A stretch of 64,000 bases of DNA from an uncultured Enterobacteriaceae bacterium (GCA_964477695.1 CAYZFN010000212.1:10974-74973), one strand, 5' to 3'. Positions 53,928-64,000 are shown, counted from the stretch's first letter. The notes: a model not told the origin generated them from the letters alone. Numbers and translations: made by a program.

Positions 53928-54695
53928 CTAGCATCGCGAAGTTGGCGCACCCCGCCTGCGCCATAGCGCGGTAGCCGCGGAGGCGAGGCATGCGAGGCCG
54001 ATCGCGCGCTCAAACAAGGCCGCGTCGGCGTATTCGCGCCGGGGAAGGCCCAAAACAAGCAAGAGGGCGCAAAGAACAAGGAACACGCCGGTTCCCCACT
54101 GGACGATCGGATGCAGACCGAGACGTCGCGTTCGCTGCGCAAGAGCCAGTCCGGCTGCTGCGGCGAGCCAGCCCCCGAAGGCCCCTGCCAGAATATCGAC
54201 CGGCCAGTGCACGCCGACAACCACACGCGCGAGCGAGGCGAGCATAGCAACCAGGAGGACAAAAGCGGTCAAAGCATGGGCGCGAATGCCAAGGGCCCAT
54301 ATGCCGGCGATTGCAAACGCGGCCGTTGCATGTCCCGATGGGAAGCCGACGGCCGTGCGGGCTGGTCCGATGATGTGCACCGCGCCATTCAGTACGGCGG
54401 GCGGTCGAGCCTCGTCCACCAGGGGTTTCAGTCCACGCGCCCATGCCGTGCCCAGCAGTGCGACAAGAACGAATGCCCAAACCAGGTCGGGACGTCGCCG
54501 CCATAGTGGAAGGCACAGCGTGAAGGCGACGAGCGCATCTCCGATCACGGTGATATTCGCCCACAGCCAGTCGCTCGTCGCGGGGCCGATCCGGTTCAGC
54601 GCGAGAAACAGCATCTGATTGGTGCCGGAAAACAAAACCGCAATGAATGCTGTGCCGGCGACGGCAGGGACGAGCCACAGGCGCAGCGCTTTCAA
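53928..54695 (-). CDS. PAP2-family lipid phosphatase
   Basis: Acid-phosphatase motifs ..KPLVDEARP.., ..FPSGHA.., ..SLARVVVGVHWPVD.. within a 6-TM protein. The TTG start forms a TTGA overlap with the upstream stop. Confidence 0.8.
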   Translation of the reverse strand: MKALRLWLVPAVAGTAFIAVLFSGTNQMLFLALNRIGPATSDWLWANITVIGDALVAFTLCLPLWRRRPDLVWAFVLVALLGTAWARGLKPLVDEARPPAVLNGAVHIIGPARTAVGFPSGHATAAFAIAGIWALGIRAHALTAFVLLVAMLASLARVVVGVHWPVDILAGAFGGWLAAAAGLALAQRTRRLGLHPIVQWGTGVFLVLCALLLVLGLPRREYADAALFERAIGLACLASAATALWRRRGAPTSRC

Positions 54696-56218
54696 GCCTT
54701 GATGCGCGCGAGCACGATGCCGCCGCGCGAGAAGAGGATGTCGAACGCGGTGCCTTTCGGCAGCTCGGAGAGCCGGCTCGCCTTGGTCACGATGATGTCG
54801 CCGGGACGCGGCTCGCGGCTCGGCGTGGGCGCGCCGCGATAGACGCTGAAGCTCGGCGCGTTGAGCCGCCACATCACCACGTCGAAGTGGCGCTCGCGTG
54901 CAAGGAGCGCCGCCTCCTTGAGCGGCGCCTGCAGCTCGCCGGCGACCGGCACGACGAGCGTCGATAGCCCCGCCACGGCGAGCAGGCCGAACAGCGCCAG
55001 CTTGCGCGCCGGCGAGCTGCGGCGCTCGAGCATCGCGTAGACGACCAGCGCGGTCGCGACGCCGAAGTAGGCGAAATACAGCAGATCGAAATTCCCCAGC
55101 GCCGCGCCGAGCGCCTGGCGGTAATAGAGATCGGCGATCTCCGGCACGAGCTGCGCGAGCAGGTTGGGCAGGAAGAGCAGGAAGGCGAAGAAAAACAGCG
55201 CCGGCAGCAGCGCCCAGAACGCCGAGCGCATCTCGTAGCCGCGCACCGCCATGAGCAGCGCGAGCGGCGTATAGCCGTAGAGGAGATAGTGCGGCAGCTT
55301 CGTGCCGGAGAGCGAGAAGAAGACGAACACGAAGCCGAACCAGAGCAGGAGGTACGCCTGCAGCTCGTCGCGCCAGAGCGTGCGCAGCCGCGCCGCGACG
55401 GGGAAGATGAGCGCGGTGAAGGGCAGCGACAGCAGCAGGGCCACGGGAAAGTAGTAGAGCAGGCTGCCGCCGTGGCCCTGCAGCGGGCCGCCGAAGCGCG
55501 CGACGTTATGCTTCAGGAAAAAGCCTTCGACGAACGCGCGACCTTCCTTCGCCAGGATCACCACGTACCAGGGCGCGGCGATGGCGAGGAAGAGAGCGAG
55601 CGCGCGCCAGTCGAACACCGCTCGTGCCCAGGTTCTCAAATCGCGCCTGAAGAGGCAGAAGAGCAGCGTCGTGGCACCGGGAACGAGAATGGCTATCGGG
55701 CCCTTGGCGAGCACGCCGAGCGCGATGGCCGCATGGGTGGCATAAAGCCAGCGCCGCCGGCCGGTCGAGAAGTGAAGCCATGCCGCGAACATCGACGCCG
55801 CGAGCAGCATGTTGAGCAGCGCATCGGCGGTCGCCGCGCGGCCGATGATGTAGACGCCGAGCGAGGTGGCAAGCAGAACTGCGGCGAACAAGGCGCGCTC
55901 TTGCCCATACTCGCGCCTGGCGAACCCGTAGGTGAGCCAAACCCACAAGGCGGCGCACAGCGCCGAGGGCAGGCGAAACGCCCATTCGCCCGGCCCGAGA
56001 GCCGCGACGCCCGCCGCCTGCAGCCAGTAGACGAGGATCGGCTTGTCGTAGCGCGGCGCGCCGTTCAGGTAGGTGGAGAGGAAGTCGCCACGCTGGAACA
56101 TCTCCATCGTGGCCTCGCTGAAGGCGCCCTCGTCGACGTCGAACAGCGGCGCCGCGCCGAGCATCCAGAAGAAGCTCGTCGCCACCACCGCAGCGGCGAG
56201 CCAGCGCGCCCCCTTCAT
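54692..56218 (-). CDS. ArnT/PMT-like (GT39/GT83) lipid-linked-sugar glycosyltransferase
   Basis: N-terminus ..PLFDVDEGAFSEATMEMFQRGDFL..YDKPILVYWLQ.. (DE motif in loop 1). More than 10 TM helices. GGGAGGA SD. Confidence 0.85.
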   Translation of the reverse strand: MKGARWLAAAVVATSFFWMLGAAPLFDVDEGAFSEATMEMFQRGDFLSTYLNGAPRYDKPILVYWLQAAGVAALGPGEWAFRLPSALCAALWVWLTYGFARREYGQERALFAAVLLATSLGVYIIGRAATADALLNMLLAASMFAAWLHFSTGRRRWLYATHAAIALGVLAKGPIAILVPGATTLLFCLFRRDLRTWARAVFDWRALALFLAIAAPWYVVILAKEGRAFVEGFFLKHNVARFGGPLQGHGGSLLYYFPVALLLSLPFTALIFPVAARLRTLWRDELQAYLLLWFGFVFVFFSLSGTKLPHYLLYGYTPLALLMAVRGYEMRSAFWALLPALFFFAFLLFLPNLLAQLVPEIADLYYRQALGAALGNFDLLYFAYFGVATALVVYAMLERRSSPARKLALFGLLAVAGLSTLVVPVAGELQAPLKEAALLARERHFDVVMWRLNAPSFSVYRGAPTPSREPRPGDIIVTKASRLSELPKGTAFDILFSRGGIVLARIKA

Positions 56219-56250
56219 CGTCCTCCCGGGTTCTTGGTCGAGCGCAGATT

Positions 56251-56541
56251 CTACGCGGCCATCGCGTGCGGCCTCAGGCGATTGGTGATGGTGCGCACGC
56301 CGGGGAGCCGGCGCACGACGCCAAGGCAACGCCTGAGCTCGCGATCGCCGATCGGGCCGGAGAGCACGACCTCGCCTTCGCGCGCCTGGATGTCGATCGA
56401 GGCGGACTGCTCGGCCACGCGCTCTAGCGCACGGCGCACCTGGGTGATCAGCACGTCGTCCGGAACGCTCCGCGTGCCGCGCAGGCTGCGCAGCGAGTAG
56501 AAGAGATAGGCAGCGGCGGCAAGGGCAAGCACGGTTCGCAT
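56251..56541 (-). CDS. BON-domain protein with N-terminal membrane anchor
   Basis: MRTVLALAAAAYLFY.. followed by ..LITQVRRALERV..IDIQAREGEVVLSGPIGDRELRRCLGVVRRLPGVRTITNRL (BON). Confidence 0.7.
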   Translation of the reverse strand: MRTVLALAAAAYLFYSLRSLRGTRSVPDDVLITQVRRALERVAEQSASIDIQAREGEVVLSGPIGDRELRRCLGVVRRLPGVRTITNRLRPHAMAA

Positions 56542-56572
56542 GGCGCACCTCGTAGAGTCGGTGCCGGGTGAT

Positions 56573-56588
56573 TGCAAACCGCGTTCCC
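56573..56588 (-). promoter_or_regulatory. Sigma-54-type promoter candidate GGGAAC-GCGGT-TTGCA
   Basis: Correct GG-N10-GC spacing, a perfect -12 element TTGCA, and the same GCGGT spacer as the consensus site at 25758-25773; the -24 element has two mismatches. Predicted +1 is near 56562, giving a 21-nt leader with a GAGGTG SD. Confidence 0.35.
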
Positions 56589-56590
56589 GC

Positions 56591-57544
56591 TCATTCGAAT
56601 TTCAGGTTCGCCTCGCGCGCCACCTTGCGGGTGTTCTCCAGGGCCTGGCGCACGAGCGCGGCGAACGCCTCTGGCGAGCTGCCGACCGGCGTCGCCGAGG
56701 CCGCCTCGAGGCGCTTCTGCACGTCCGGCCGACGCAGCGCCCGGACGAGCGCGCCGTGCAGCTGCGCGACGAGCTCGCCGGAAAGGCCGGCCGGCGCGAT
56801 CAGCCCGAACCACGACGGATCGTTGAGCAGCGGCAGTCCGACCTCGGCGAACGTCGGCACGTCGGGCAGGAGCGCGAGCCGTTTCTCCGAAGCTACGGCG
56901 AGCGCCCGCAGCTTGCCCGCCTGGATCTGTGGCAGCGAGGAAGGCAGGTTGTCGAACAGCACTTGCACCTGTCCGGCGAGCGCGTCGTTGAGCGCGGGTC
57001 CGGCGCCGCGGTAAGGCACGTGGGTGAGGTTCACCCCCGCGGAGTACTTGAACGTCTCGCCGATCAGGTGGCCGAGGCTGCCGGCGCCCGGCGTGCCGTA
57101 GTTGAGCTTGCCCGGGTTGCGCTTCGCATAAGCGATCAGTTCCGCCATGTCGCGCGCCGGCACGGAAGGATGGACCGACACGACGTTCGGCACGGCGGCG
57201 ATCTCCGAGAGCAGCGTGAAATCCTTCAGCGGGTCGTAGCGCAGCTTGGGCTGCACGACCGGGTTCACCACGTGCGTCGAGACCGTCGCGATGCCGAGTG
57301 TATAGCCGTCGGCGGCGGCATCGGCGATCGCCCGCGCGCCGATCGCGCCGCCCGCGCCGCCGCGGTTATCCACCACGAGCGGCTGGCCGAGCTCGTGCGA
57401 CAGGCCCTCCGCGGCGATCCGGCCGACGATGTCGGTCGACCCGCCGGGCGGAAAGGGCACGATGAGGGTGATCGGGCGCGCTGGATAGGGCTGGGCGAAG
57501 GCCGCGCAGGCCGAGAGCAGCGCAAGGCAGAGAAGGGTCTTCAT
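56591..57544 (-). CDS. Bug-family (TctC-like) substrate-binding protein
   Basis: Signal peptide followed by YPARPITLIVPFPPGGSTDIVGR..NYGTPGAGSLGHL..GLIAPAGL... Confidence 0.9.
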   Translation of the reverse strand: MKTLLCLALLSACAAFAQPYPARPITLIVPFPPGGSTDIVGRIAAEGLSHELGQPLVVDNRGGAGGAIGARAIADAAADGYTLGIATVSTHVVNPVVQPKLRYDPLKDFTLLSEIAAVPNVVSVHPSVPARDMAELIAYAKRNPGKLNYGTPGAGSLGHLIGETFKYSAGVNLTHVPYRGAGPALNDALAGQVQVLFDNLPSSLPQIQAGKLRALAVASEKRLALLPDVPTFAEVGLPLLNDPSWFGLIAPAGLSGELVAQLHGALVRALRRPDVQKRLEAASATPVGSSPEAFAALVRQALENTRKVAREANLKFE

Positions 57545-57587
57545 GGGCTGGGGAACGACTATAAAGCTTAAAATCGCGCGCTTTTAC

Positions 57588-59435
<1,848 letters not shown>

Positions 59436-59948
59436 ATGGGACCGTGGCTGAGCGCTGCGGTGCTCGTGCTCGGCGGCTGGGCGGCATTGCGGCCGGCGCC
59501 GATGGCGTGGCTGTACCTGGTCGCGGTGCTCGCGTTCGAAGGCTGGCTGTTCGGGCTGATTCGCTCGAGCGGCCGCGCGCCGGTCCCGGCCGGCGAAGAG
59601 CCCTACCTCTTCACCGAGGAGGAGGCGCGCCTCGTCACGCGCTTCCGTTTCTATTTCGCCTTTCCGGGCATCGCCCGGCATGCCTCCTCGGTGCTCGCCG
59701 CCATCGGCCTCACCACGCTCGGGCTTGCGCCCTGGCTGACTTATAAGGCGGCGTTCGTGCCCGCCGTGCTCGCTGCGCTCAACGTCCTGCCGGTGGCGTG
59801 GCTCACGCGCCGCGTCGCGCCGCTTCTGACCCTGGGTGCATCGGCGACTCGCGGCAATCGCGAGGCGTTGCGGATGATGGAGGCGCACCAGGCGGCGTGG
59901 CAGAAGATCCGCAGGTGTAACATCGATGGCAAGGAGCCAGCGCCATGA
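59436..59948 (+). CDS. Hypothetical 4-TM membrane protein
   Basis: The ATG immediately follows the ABC-F stop, and an ATGA overlap joins it to the downstream gene. High GC3 and clear TM helices. Confidence 0.55.
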   Translation: MGPWLSAAVLVLGGWAALRPAPMAWLYLVAVLAFEGWLFGLIRSSGRAPVPAGEEPYLFTEEEARLVTRFRFYFAFPGIARHASSVLAAIGLTTLGLAPWLTYKAAFVPAVLAALNVLPVAWLTRRVAPLLTLGASATRGNREALRMMEAHQAAWQKIRRCNIDGKEPAP

Positions 59949-60973
59949 ATGCCCCCGCCAAGACCGAAGATTCGTTCCACCAGCTCATCCATCGCAATCA
60001 CATGTGGGGGCTGTGGGAGATCGCGAGCCAGATGACGCCGCATCCCCGGCCCGAGGCCATTCCGTATCAATGGAAGGGCTCGCTGCTCAAGGAAGTGGTG
60101 AAGCAGTCGTCGAGCGCCGTGCCGGTGGGCGACGAGCGGCGCGCGATGCAGCTCTTCAACCCCGGCCTGAACGGCCAGTGGGCGACGACCAATACGCTGA
60201 TCGCCGCGGTCCAGGTCCTCCTTCCCGGCGAGGTTGCCCGTGCCCATCGCCATTCGCCGGCGGCGATCCGCTTCATCATCGAGGGCGACGGCGCGTACAC
60301 CGCGGTCGAGGGCGAGAAGGTGATCATGCATCCCGGCGACTTCATCCTCACGCCGAGCTGGCAATGGCACGACCACGGCAACGAGACGAACGAGACCGTG
60401 GTGTGGATGGACGGCCTCGACGTGCCGCTCACCAAGTCGCTGAACGCGATGTTCTTCGAGATGCACAAGGACATCAAGGCGTCGCACCACAAGCCGGTCA
60501 ACGGCTCGAAGGCGCTCTACGGCCACGGCCGCCTTTCCCCGACCTGGACGAAGGAACGACCGCGCTTTTCGCCGCTCATGATCTATTCCTGGGACCAAAC
60601 GCTGGAAGCGCTCCACGAGCTGCGCGATCACGACGCCAGCCCGCACGACGGCATCACGCTCGAGTACACGCACGCGCTCACCGGCGGGCCGGTGCTGCCC
60701 ACCATGTCGTGCCGCGTGCAGATGATCCGCAAGGGCGAGCAGCTGAAGGCGAAGCGCGTTGCCGGCAGCTCGGTGTTCCTGGTCAAGCACGGCAGGGGGC
60801 GCAGCGTCATCGAAGGCAAGACCTTCGACTGGGAGCCGGGCGACATCATCGCGCTGCCGTCGTGGGCGCAGCACGATTACGCCAACGCCGGCGGCGAGGA
60901 CGCGATCCTGTTCTCGATCAGCGACCGGCCGGTGCTGGAAGCGCTCGGTTTCTACCGCGAAGAGCTGAGCTAA
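59945..60973 (+). CDS. Gentisate 1,2-dioxygenase-like bicupin
   Basis: ..WGLWEI..LFNPGL..ARAHRHSPAAIRFIIEGDGAYTAVEGEK..GDFILTPSWQWHDH.. and a second cupin ..GDIIALPSWAQHDY... Confidence 0.85.
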   Translation: MNAPAKTEDSFHQLIHRNHMWGLWEIASQMTPHPRPEAIPYQWKGSLLKEVVKQSSSAVPVGDERRAMQLFNPGLNGQWATTNTLIAAVQVLLPGEVARAHRHSPAAIRFIIEGDGAYTAVEGEKVIMHPGDFILTPSWQWHDHGNETNETVVWMDGLDVPLTKSLNAMFFEMHKDIKASHHKPVNGSKALYGHGRLSPTWTKERPRFSPLMIYSWDQTLEALHELRDHDASPHDGITLEYTHALTGGPVLPTMSCRVQMIRKGEQLKAKRVAGSSVFLVKHGRGRSVIEGKTFDWEPGDIIALPSWAQHDYANAGGEDAILFSISDRPVLEALGFYREELS

Positions 60974-60976
60974 GAA

Positions 60977-61141
60977 CTACAGGTCGTCGACCCGCTTGTC
61001 CTTCGCAGGCTCGGTCCGCGGGTTGCGGCCCGATTGCCGGGGATCCTGGCCGCGTGGGCCCTTGTCCATCTCCGGCTCGACGGGCAGGTTGTCGGCGGTC
61101 GGCTCGTCCGGGGCGTGCTTGGGATCGCGATCTCGGTCCAT
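60977..61141 (-). CDS. Small hydrophilic Asp/Pro/Lys/Arg-rich protein (hydrophilin-like), not in the ORF track
   Basis: MDRDRDPKHAPDEPTADNLPVEPEMDKGPRGQDPRQSGRNPRTEPAKDKRVDDL. 47 of 54 codons end in G/C. No SD. Lies 25 nt downstream of the cyclase stop. Confidence 0.4.
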   Translation of the reverse strand: MDRDRDPKHAPDEPTADNLPVEPEMDKGPRGQDPRQSGRNPRTEPAKDKRVDDL

Positions 61142-61151
61142 GGCCGCGCGG

Positions 61152-61167
61152 TGCAAGGCTCGTGCCT
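61152..61167 (-). promoter_or_regulatory. Sigma-54-type promoter candidate AGGCAC-GAGCC-TTGCA
   Basis: GGCAC at -24, a perfect TTGCA at -12, correct GG-N10-GC spacing. It overlaps the cyclase stop codon. Predicted +1 falls on the A of ATG 61141. Confidence 0.45.
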
Positions 61168-62701
61168 AAGCCAATGTGAACAGCTCCTGCTCGCCTTCGA
61201 GGTCCTTCAGGCTATGGCGGCCGAGCGAGACCAGCGGTTCCGCGCAGGCCGCCGCGAAGGCCGATGAGGCAACGATGGGACGTCCGAGCACCTTGGTCAT
61301 GCTCTCGACGCGCGCCGCGGCGTTGGCCGCCGAGCCGATCACCGTGAACTCGAGGCGCTGCGGCACGCCGATGTTGCCGTAGGTCACCTCGCCGAGGTGC
61401 AGGCCGATGCCGTAGCGGATCGGCGCACGCTGCGGATGGCCGGCGTTGTCGGATGCGACGCGCTCGCCGGCGAGCCGCGCCGCCGCGAGCGCCTGGTGGC
61501 AGGCGCCGGCCGCGCTCTCGGCGCCGATCGGAAAGATGGCGAGCGCGGCATCGCCGATGAAGCGCAGCACCTCGCCGCCGTTCTCCAGGATCGCGCCGGC
61601 CAGGCAGTTGAAATAGGCGTTCAGGTAGACGAGGTACGCCTCGCGATCCATCGACTGGGAAAGCGCGGTCGACTGGCGCAGGTCGCTGAACCAGACCACG
61701 CTCTCGATGTGCTCGCCGTCGCCGTGCTTCACCAGCCCGTCGAGCACGCGCCCCCCGGTGCGGCGGCCGAGATAGGTCTCGAGCAGCGAAACGGCGGTGC
61801 GCCGTTGCGCAAACACCTCGAACAGGCGACCGAGCATCGGCAGCACCTCGTAGACCTGCCCGAGGTGTGCGGTCGTGAAGCCGCCCTTCGCGAACGAGGT
61901 CATCGACATCACGTTCAGCTGGCCGTCGGCGAAGCGGAACGGCATCGCGACGTAGTCGGTCGCGCCTTCCGCCTTGAGATCCCTGACGACCGGGTAGTCC
62001 AGCTTCACCTCCGGACTTTCCAGCTTGCGCCGCACGCCGCCCGCGCCGCGCAGGATCGGCGCAAACGGGCTCGCCTGGAATCTCGGGTGGTGCAGGACGT
62101 CGTGCGGCTCGTGGATGATCTTCACGCCGCTGTCCTCTCGCCACACGAACACGGTGGCCACGATTTGCGGGTGCAGCGTCGGGATGATTACCGTCATCCG
62201 CGACACCGGAATGCCCGTGGAACGCAGCTCGCGGCAGAACGCGTCGACCAGGCGCTCGGGCGCCGGCAGCTGCCAGGCCTCGCCGAGCAGCCAGTTGGCG
62301 AGCGTGTTGGCATGCATCGCCGGGGCCGCGGAGAGGTGCGGGATCTCCTCGTCGCCGTCGTAGATGGCGCTCACCCGATCGGGATAGAACGAGACGTACT
62401 TGCGGATCGGCCGTCCTTCCTCGTAAGGCTCGTCGTAGGACCAGGCGGCGTTCTCCGCCACCGCGTCGCCCGAGCGGATCGTCCAGTAGGTGGCGTTGCC
62501 GCGGAACGGGCAGTGCGTCACCTGCTCGGTCTTCTCGAGCAGATCGGTGCGCACGTCTTCGCGCGGGAAGTAGTACGACGGCGGCTGGCGCGTCTCGTGC
62601 AGCACGATCACCCGGCGCGAGTCGGCGATCCACACGCCATTGAACTCGACGCGCATCCGGCGCGGGCTCGGCTCGAAGCGGATCTCGTAATCGGTCGCCA
62701 T
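61166..62701 (-). CDS. DUF427 - unknown middle domain - class III adenylate/guanylate cyclase fusion
   Basis: N-terminus ..RRMRVEFNGVWIADSRRVIVLHETRQPPSYYFPREDV..HCPFRGNATYW.. (DUF427). C-terminus ..VVWFSDLRQST..RFIGDAALAIF..GIGLHLGEVTYGNIG..FTVIGSAANAAARVE (cyclase catalytic core). Confidence 0.85.
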   Translation of the reverse strand: MATDYEIRFEPSPRRMRVEFNGVWIADSRRVIVLHETRQPPSYYFPREDVRTDLLEKTEQVTHCPFRGNATYWTIRSGDAVAENAAWSYDEPYEEGRPIRKYVSFYPDRVSAIYDGDEEIPHLSAAPAMHANTLANWLLGEAWQLPAPERLVDAFCRELRSTGIPVSRMTVIIPTLHPQIVATVFVWREDSGVKIIHEPHDVLHHPRFQASPFAPILRGAGGVRRKLESPEVKLDYPVVRDLKAEGATDYVAMPFRFADGQLNVMSMTSFAKGGFTTAHLGQVYEVLPMLGRLFEVFAQRRTAVSLLETYLGRRTGGRVLDGLVKHGDGEHIESVVWFSDLRQSTALSQSMDREAYLVYLNAYFNCLAGAILENGGEVLRFIGDAALAIFPIGAESAAGACHQALAAARLAGERVASDNAGHPQRAPIRYGIGLHLGEVTYGNIGVPQRLEFTVIGSAANAAARVESMTKVLGRPIVASSAFAAACAEPLVSLGRHSLKDLEGEQELFTLA

Positions 62702-62738
62702 GGCCGGCTAGTTTACCGGCGTCCTAGAATGCCGCTCC

Positions 62739-63161
62739 ATGGAGAACTGGTTCGAGCTCTACCGCAACATCGTCATGCCGGCGCAGTGCGACGCGTACGG
62801 CCACCTCAACGTACGCCACTACGCGGGGTTCTTCGACGACGCCGGCTGGCACATACCGCGCATGGCCGGCCTCTCGCTCGACGCGATCCGTGCCGGCGGC
62901 CTCGGCACCGTCGCGGCGACGATCACCATCGATTTCCTGCACGAGCTGCGCGCGGGGCAGCTGCTCGTGATCAAAGGCGCCGTGACGCGCGTCGGCACGA
63001 AGAGCTTCAGCCACGAGATGCGGCTCTACGAGGCGGACGCGATGACCCATTGCGCCACGCAGAAGACGGTCGAAGTGTGCTTCGACACGCGGGCGCGCAA
63101 GGGCATACCCTGGCCCGAAGAGATCAAGCGCAAGCTCGCCGCGATCGCCGTTTCGCTCTAG
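62739..63161 (+). CDS. 4HBT/YbgC-like hotdog-fold acyl-CoA thioesterase
   Basis: ..VMPAQCDAYGHLNVRHYAGFFDDA..ITIDFLHELRAG..GTKSFSHEMRLY.. fits the hotdog thioesterase pattern. Confidence 0.8.
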   Translation: MENWFELYRNIVMPAQCDAYGHLNVRHYAGFFDDAGWHIPRMAGLSLDAIRAGGLGTVAATITIDFLHELRAGQLLVIKGAVTRVGTKSFSHEMRLYEADAMTHCATQKTVEVCFDTRARKGIPWPEEIKRKLAAIAVSL

Positions 63162-63191
63162 CCGAGACTAATTCGGGGACGGAGCCCGAAC

Positions 63192-64000
63192 TCAGGGAAG
63201 CTGCAGGTGCGGGAAGGCGCTGAACGTGTCCGGCGCAGTCACGGCCGGCGCCGGAGCGAGGTGCCGCGGGGTGAGCTCGGCGAACGAGGTGACGCCGAGC
63301 AGGCCGAGGCAGATGCGGATCTCGTCTTCGAGCAGCTCGAGCGCGCGCACGAGGCCTTGGGCGCCGCCCGCGGCGAGCGCAAGGCCGGCGAGGCGGCCGA
63401 GGCCCACCGTGCGAGCGCCCAGCGCGATCGCCTTCACCACGTCGCTGCCGCGCATGAAGCCGCCGTCGACCCAGACTTCCGCCCTTCCGTCGACCGCCTT
63501 CACGACCTCGGGCAGGACGGCGGCGCTGCCCAGCCCGTGGTCGAGCTGGCGGCCGCCGTGGTTCGACACGTACACGACCTCGACGCCGTGCTCGACGGCG
63601 AGCTCGGCATCCTCGGCGGTGGCGATGCCCTTGAGGATGAGGGGCAGGGCGTGCGGTCCGTTGTGTTTATCCTTATACCGCTTGACGTGGTCCCAGGAGA
63701 GCCCGGCCTGGAATGCCGCGCCTTCGATCGCCTTCGCGCGCCAGGGCTTGACGAAGCGCCCGAGGAGGTCGCGCTCGCGGCGGCTGTACGCCGCGACGTC
63801 GACCGTCAGGCAGAACGAGCCGAAGCCCTTGTCCTTCGCGCGGCGCACCCAGTCGTCCACCCACGCGTCGTCGCCGCGCACGTAGAGCTGGAAGGAGCGG
63901 ACGGTGGCCGCGGCGGCCGCGGTCTGCTCGAGGCCGGGCTGGCAGACCGAGGAGAGCATCTGCGGCACGTTGAACTGCGCAGCGCCGCGCGCCGCGGTCG
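63192..64000 (-). CDS. FMN-dependent alpha-hydroxy acid dehydrogenase/oxidase (LldD/glycolate oxidase family), N-terminus off-window
   Basis: ..FQLY.., ..LILKGI.., ..VSNHGGRQLD.., ..VWVDGGFMRGSDVVKAIALGA... The frame remains open to nt 64000. Confidence 0.85.
   Translation of the reverse strand, partial: TAARGAAQFNVPQMLSSVCQPGLEQTAAAAATVRSFQLYVRGDDAWVDDWVRRAKDKGFGSFCLTVDVAAYSRRERDLLGRFVKPWRAKAIEGAAFQAGLSWDHVKRYKDKHNGPHALPLILKGIATAEDAELAVEHGVEVVYVSNHGGRQLDHGLGSAAVLPEVVKAVDGRAEVWVDGGFMRGSDVVKAIALGARTVGLGRLAGLALAAGGAQGLVRALELLEDEIRICLGLLGVTSFAELTPRHLAPAPAVTAPDTFSAFPHLQLP

Noticed and set aside
61034-61267. 77-aa plus-strand ORF between the bicupin and cyclase genes
   Set aside because: It overlaps the cyclase 3' end and the better-supported minus-strand small ORF. 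No SD and poor composition.

Overview
Very GC-rich chromosomal segment: third codon positions are almost all G/C, which produces many long spurious antisense ORFs in the six-frame track. About 60 tightly packed CDS are supported, many joined by ATGA, GTGA or TTGA start/stop overlaps. I saw no rRNA, tRNA, CRISPR, IS/transposase, integrase, prophage or recognisable defence genes. The gene content (two Bug/TctC-family binding proteins, LivFGMHK, class I PhaC, Pseudomonas-type LigD) suggests a Burkholderiales-like betaproteobacterium; this is inference only.

Content from left to right:
- GlrK/GlrR-like two-component pair plus an MlaC-like protein, then beta-carbonic anhydrase, PhaC and a hybrid histidine kinase.
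- ROK kinase, DedA-like and EamA membrane proteins.
- An uncharacterised operon: PaaK-like ligase, Bug binding protein, MetE-like protein, amidohydrolase-2.
- The liv ABC transporter operon.
- An unknown membrane protein plus a VWA lipoprotein.
- Gfo/Idh/MocA oxidoreductase, a small protein and a DUF4383 protein.
- A stress-gene block: YtjA-like, Cys-repeat protein, ferritin-like, PAS-REC, BON lipoprotein, SodB, YflT-like, rpoN, LigD, a sigma-54 activator, and a YqjD/E/K-like operon.
- A hybrid histidine kinase, a GGDEF-EAL protein and an MFS transporter.
- A HIBADH-like dehydrogenase plus a UbiD-family decarboxylase.
- A signalling module: MEDS protein, hybrid histidine kinase, two single-domain receivers.
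- A GT4 glycosyltransferase plus a GDE-like glucosidase.
- An envelope glycolipid-modification cluster: BON, ArnT-like, PAP2, GT2, UPF0104.
- Bug binding protein, ABC-F ATPase, gentisate-dioxygenase-like cupin.
- A DUF427-adenylate/guanylate cyclase fusion, a thioesterase, and a partial FMN-dependent hydroxy-acid dehydrogenase.

The most interesting signal is regulatory rather than a new gene family. I found nine GG-N10-GC sigma-54-type promoter matches, all correctly oriented just upstream of start codons. Five of them cluster at 25.7-34.2 kb around an rpoN gene that sits in a non-canonical context, next to a dedicated enhancer-binding protein. They precede homologues of genes that are RpoS-dependent in E. 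coli (OsmY/BON-like, YqjD/ElaB-like) and a homologue of ytjA, the gene next to osmY. All family calls were made by eye from motifs; no database search was possible.
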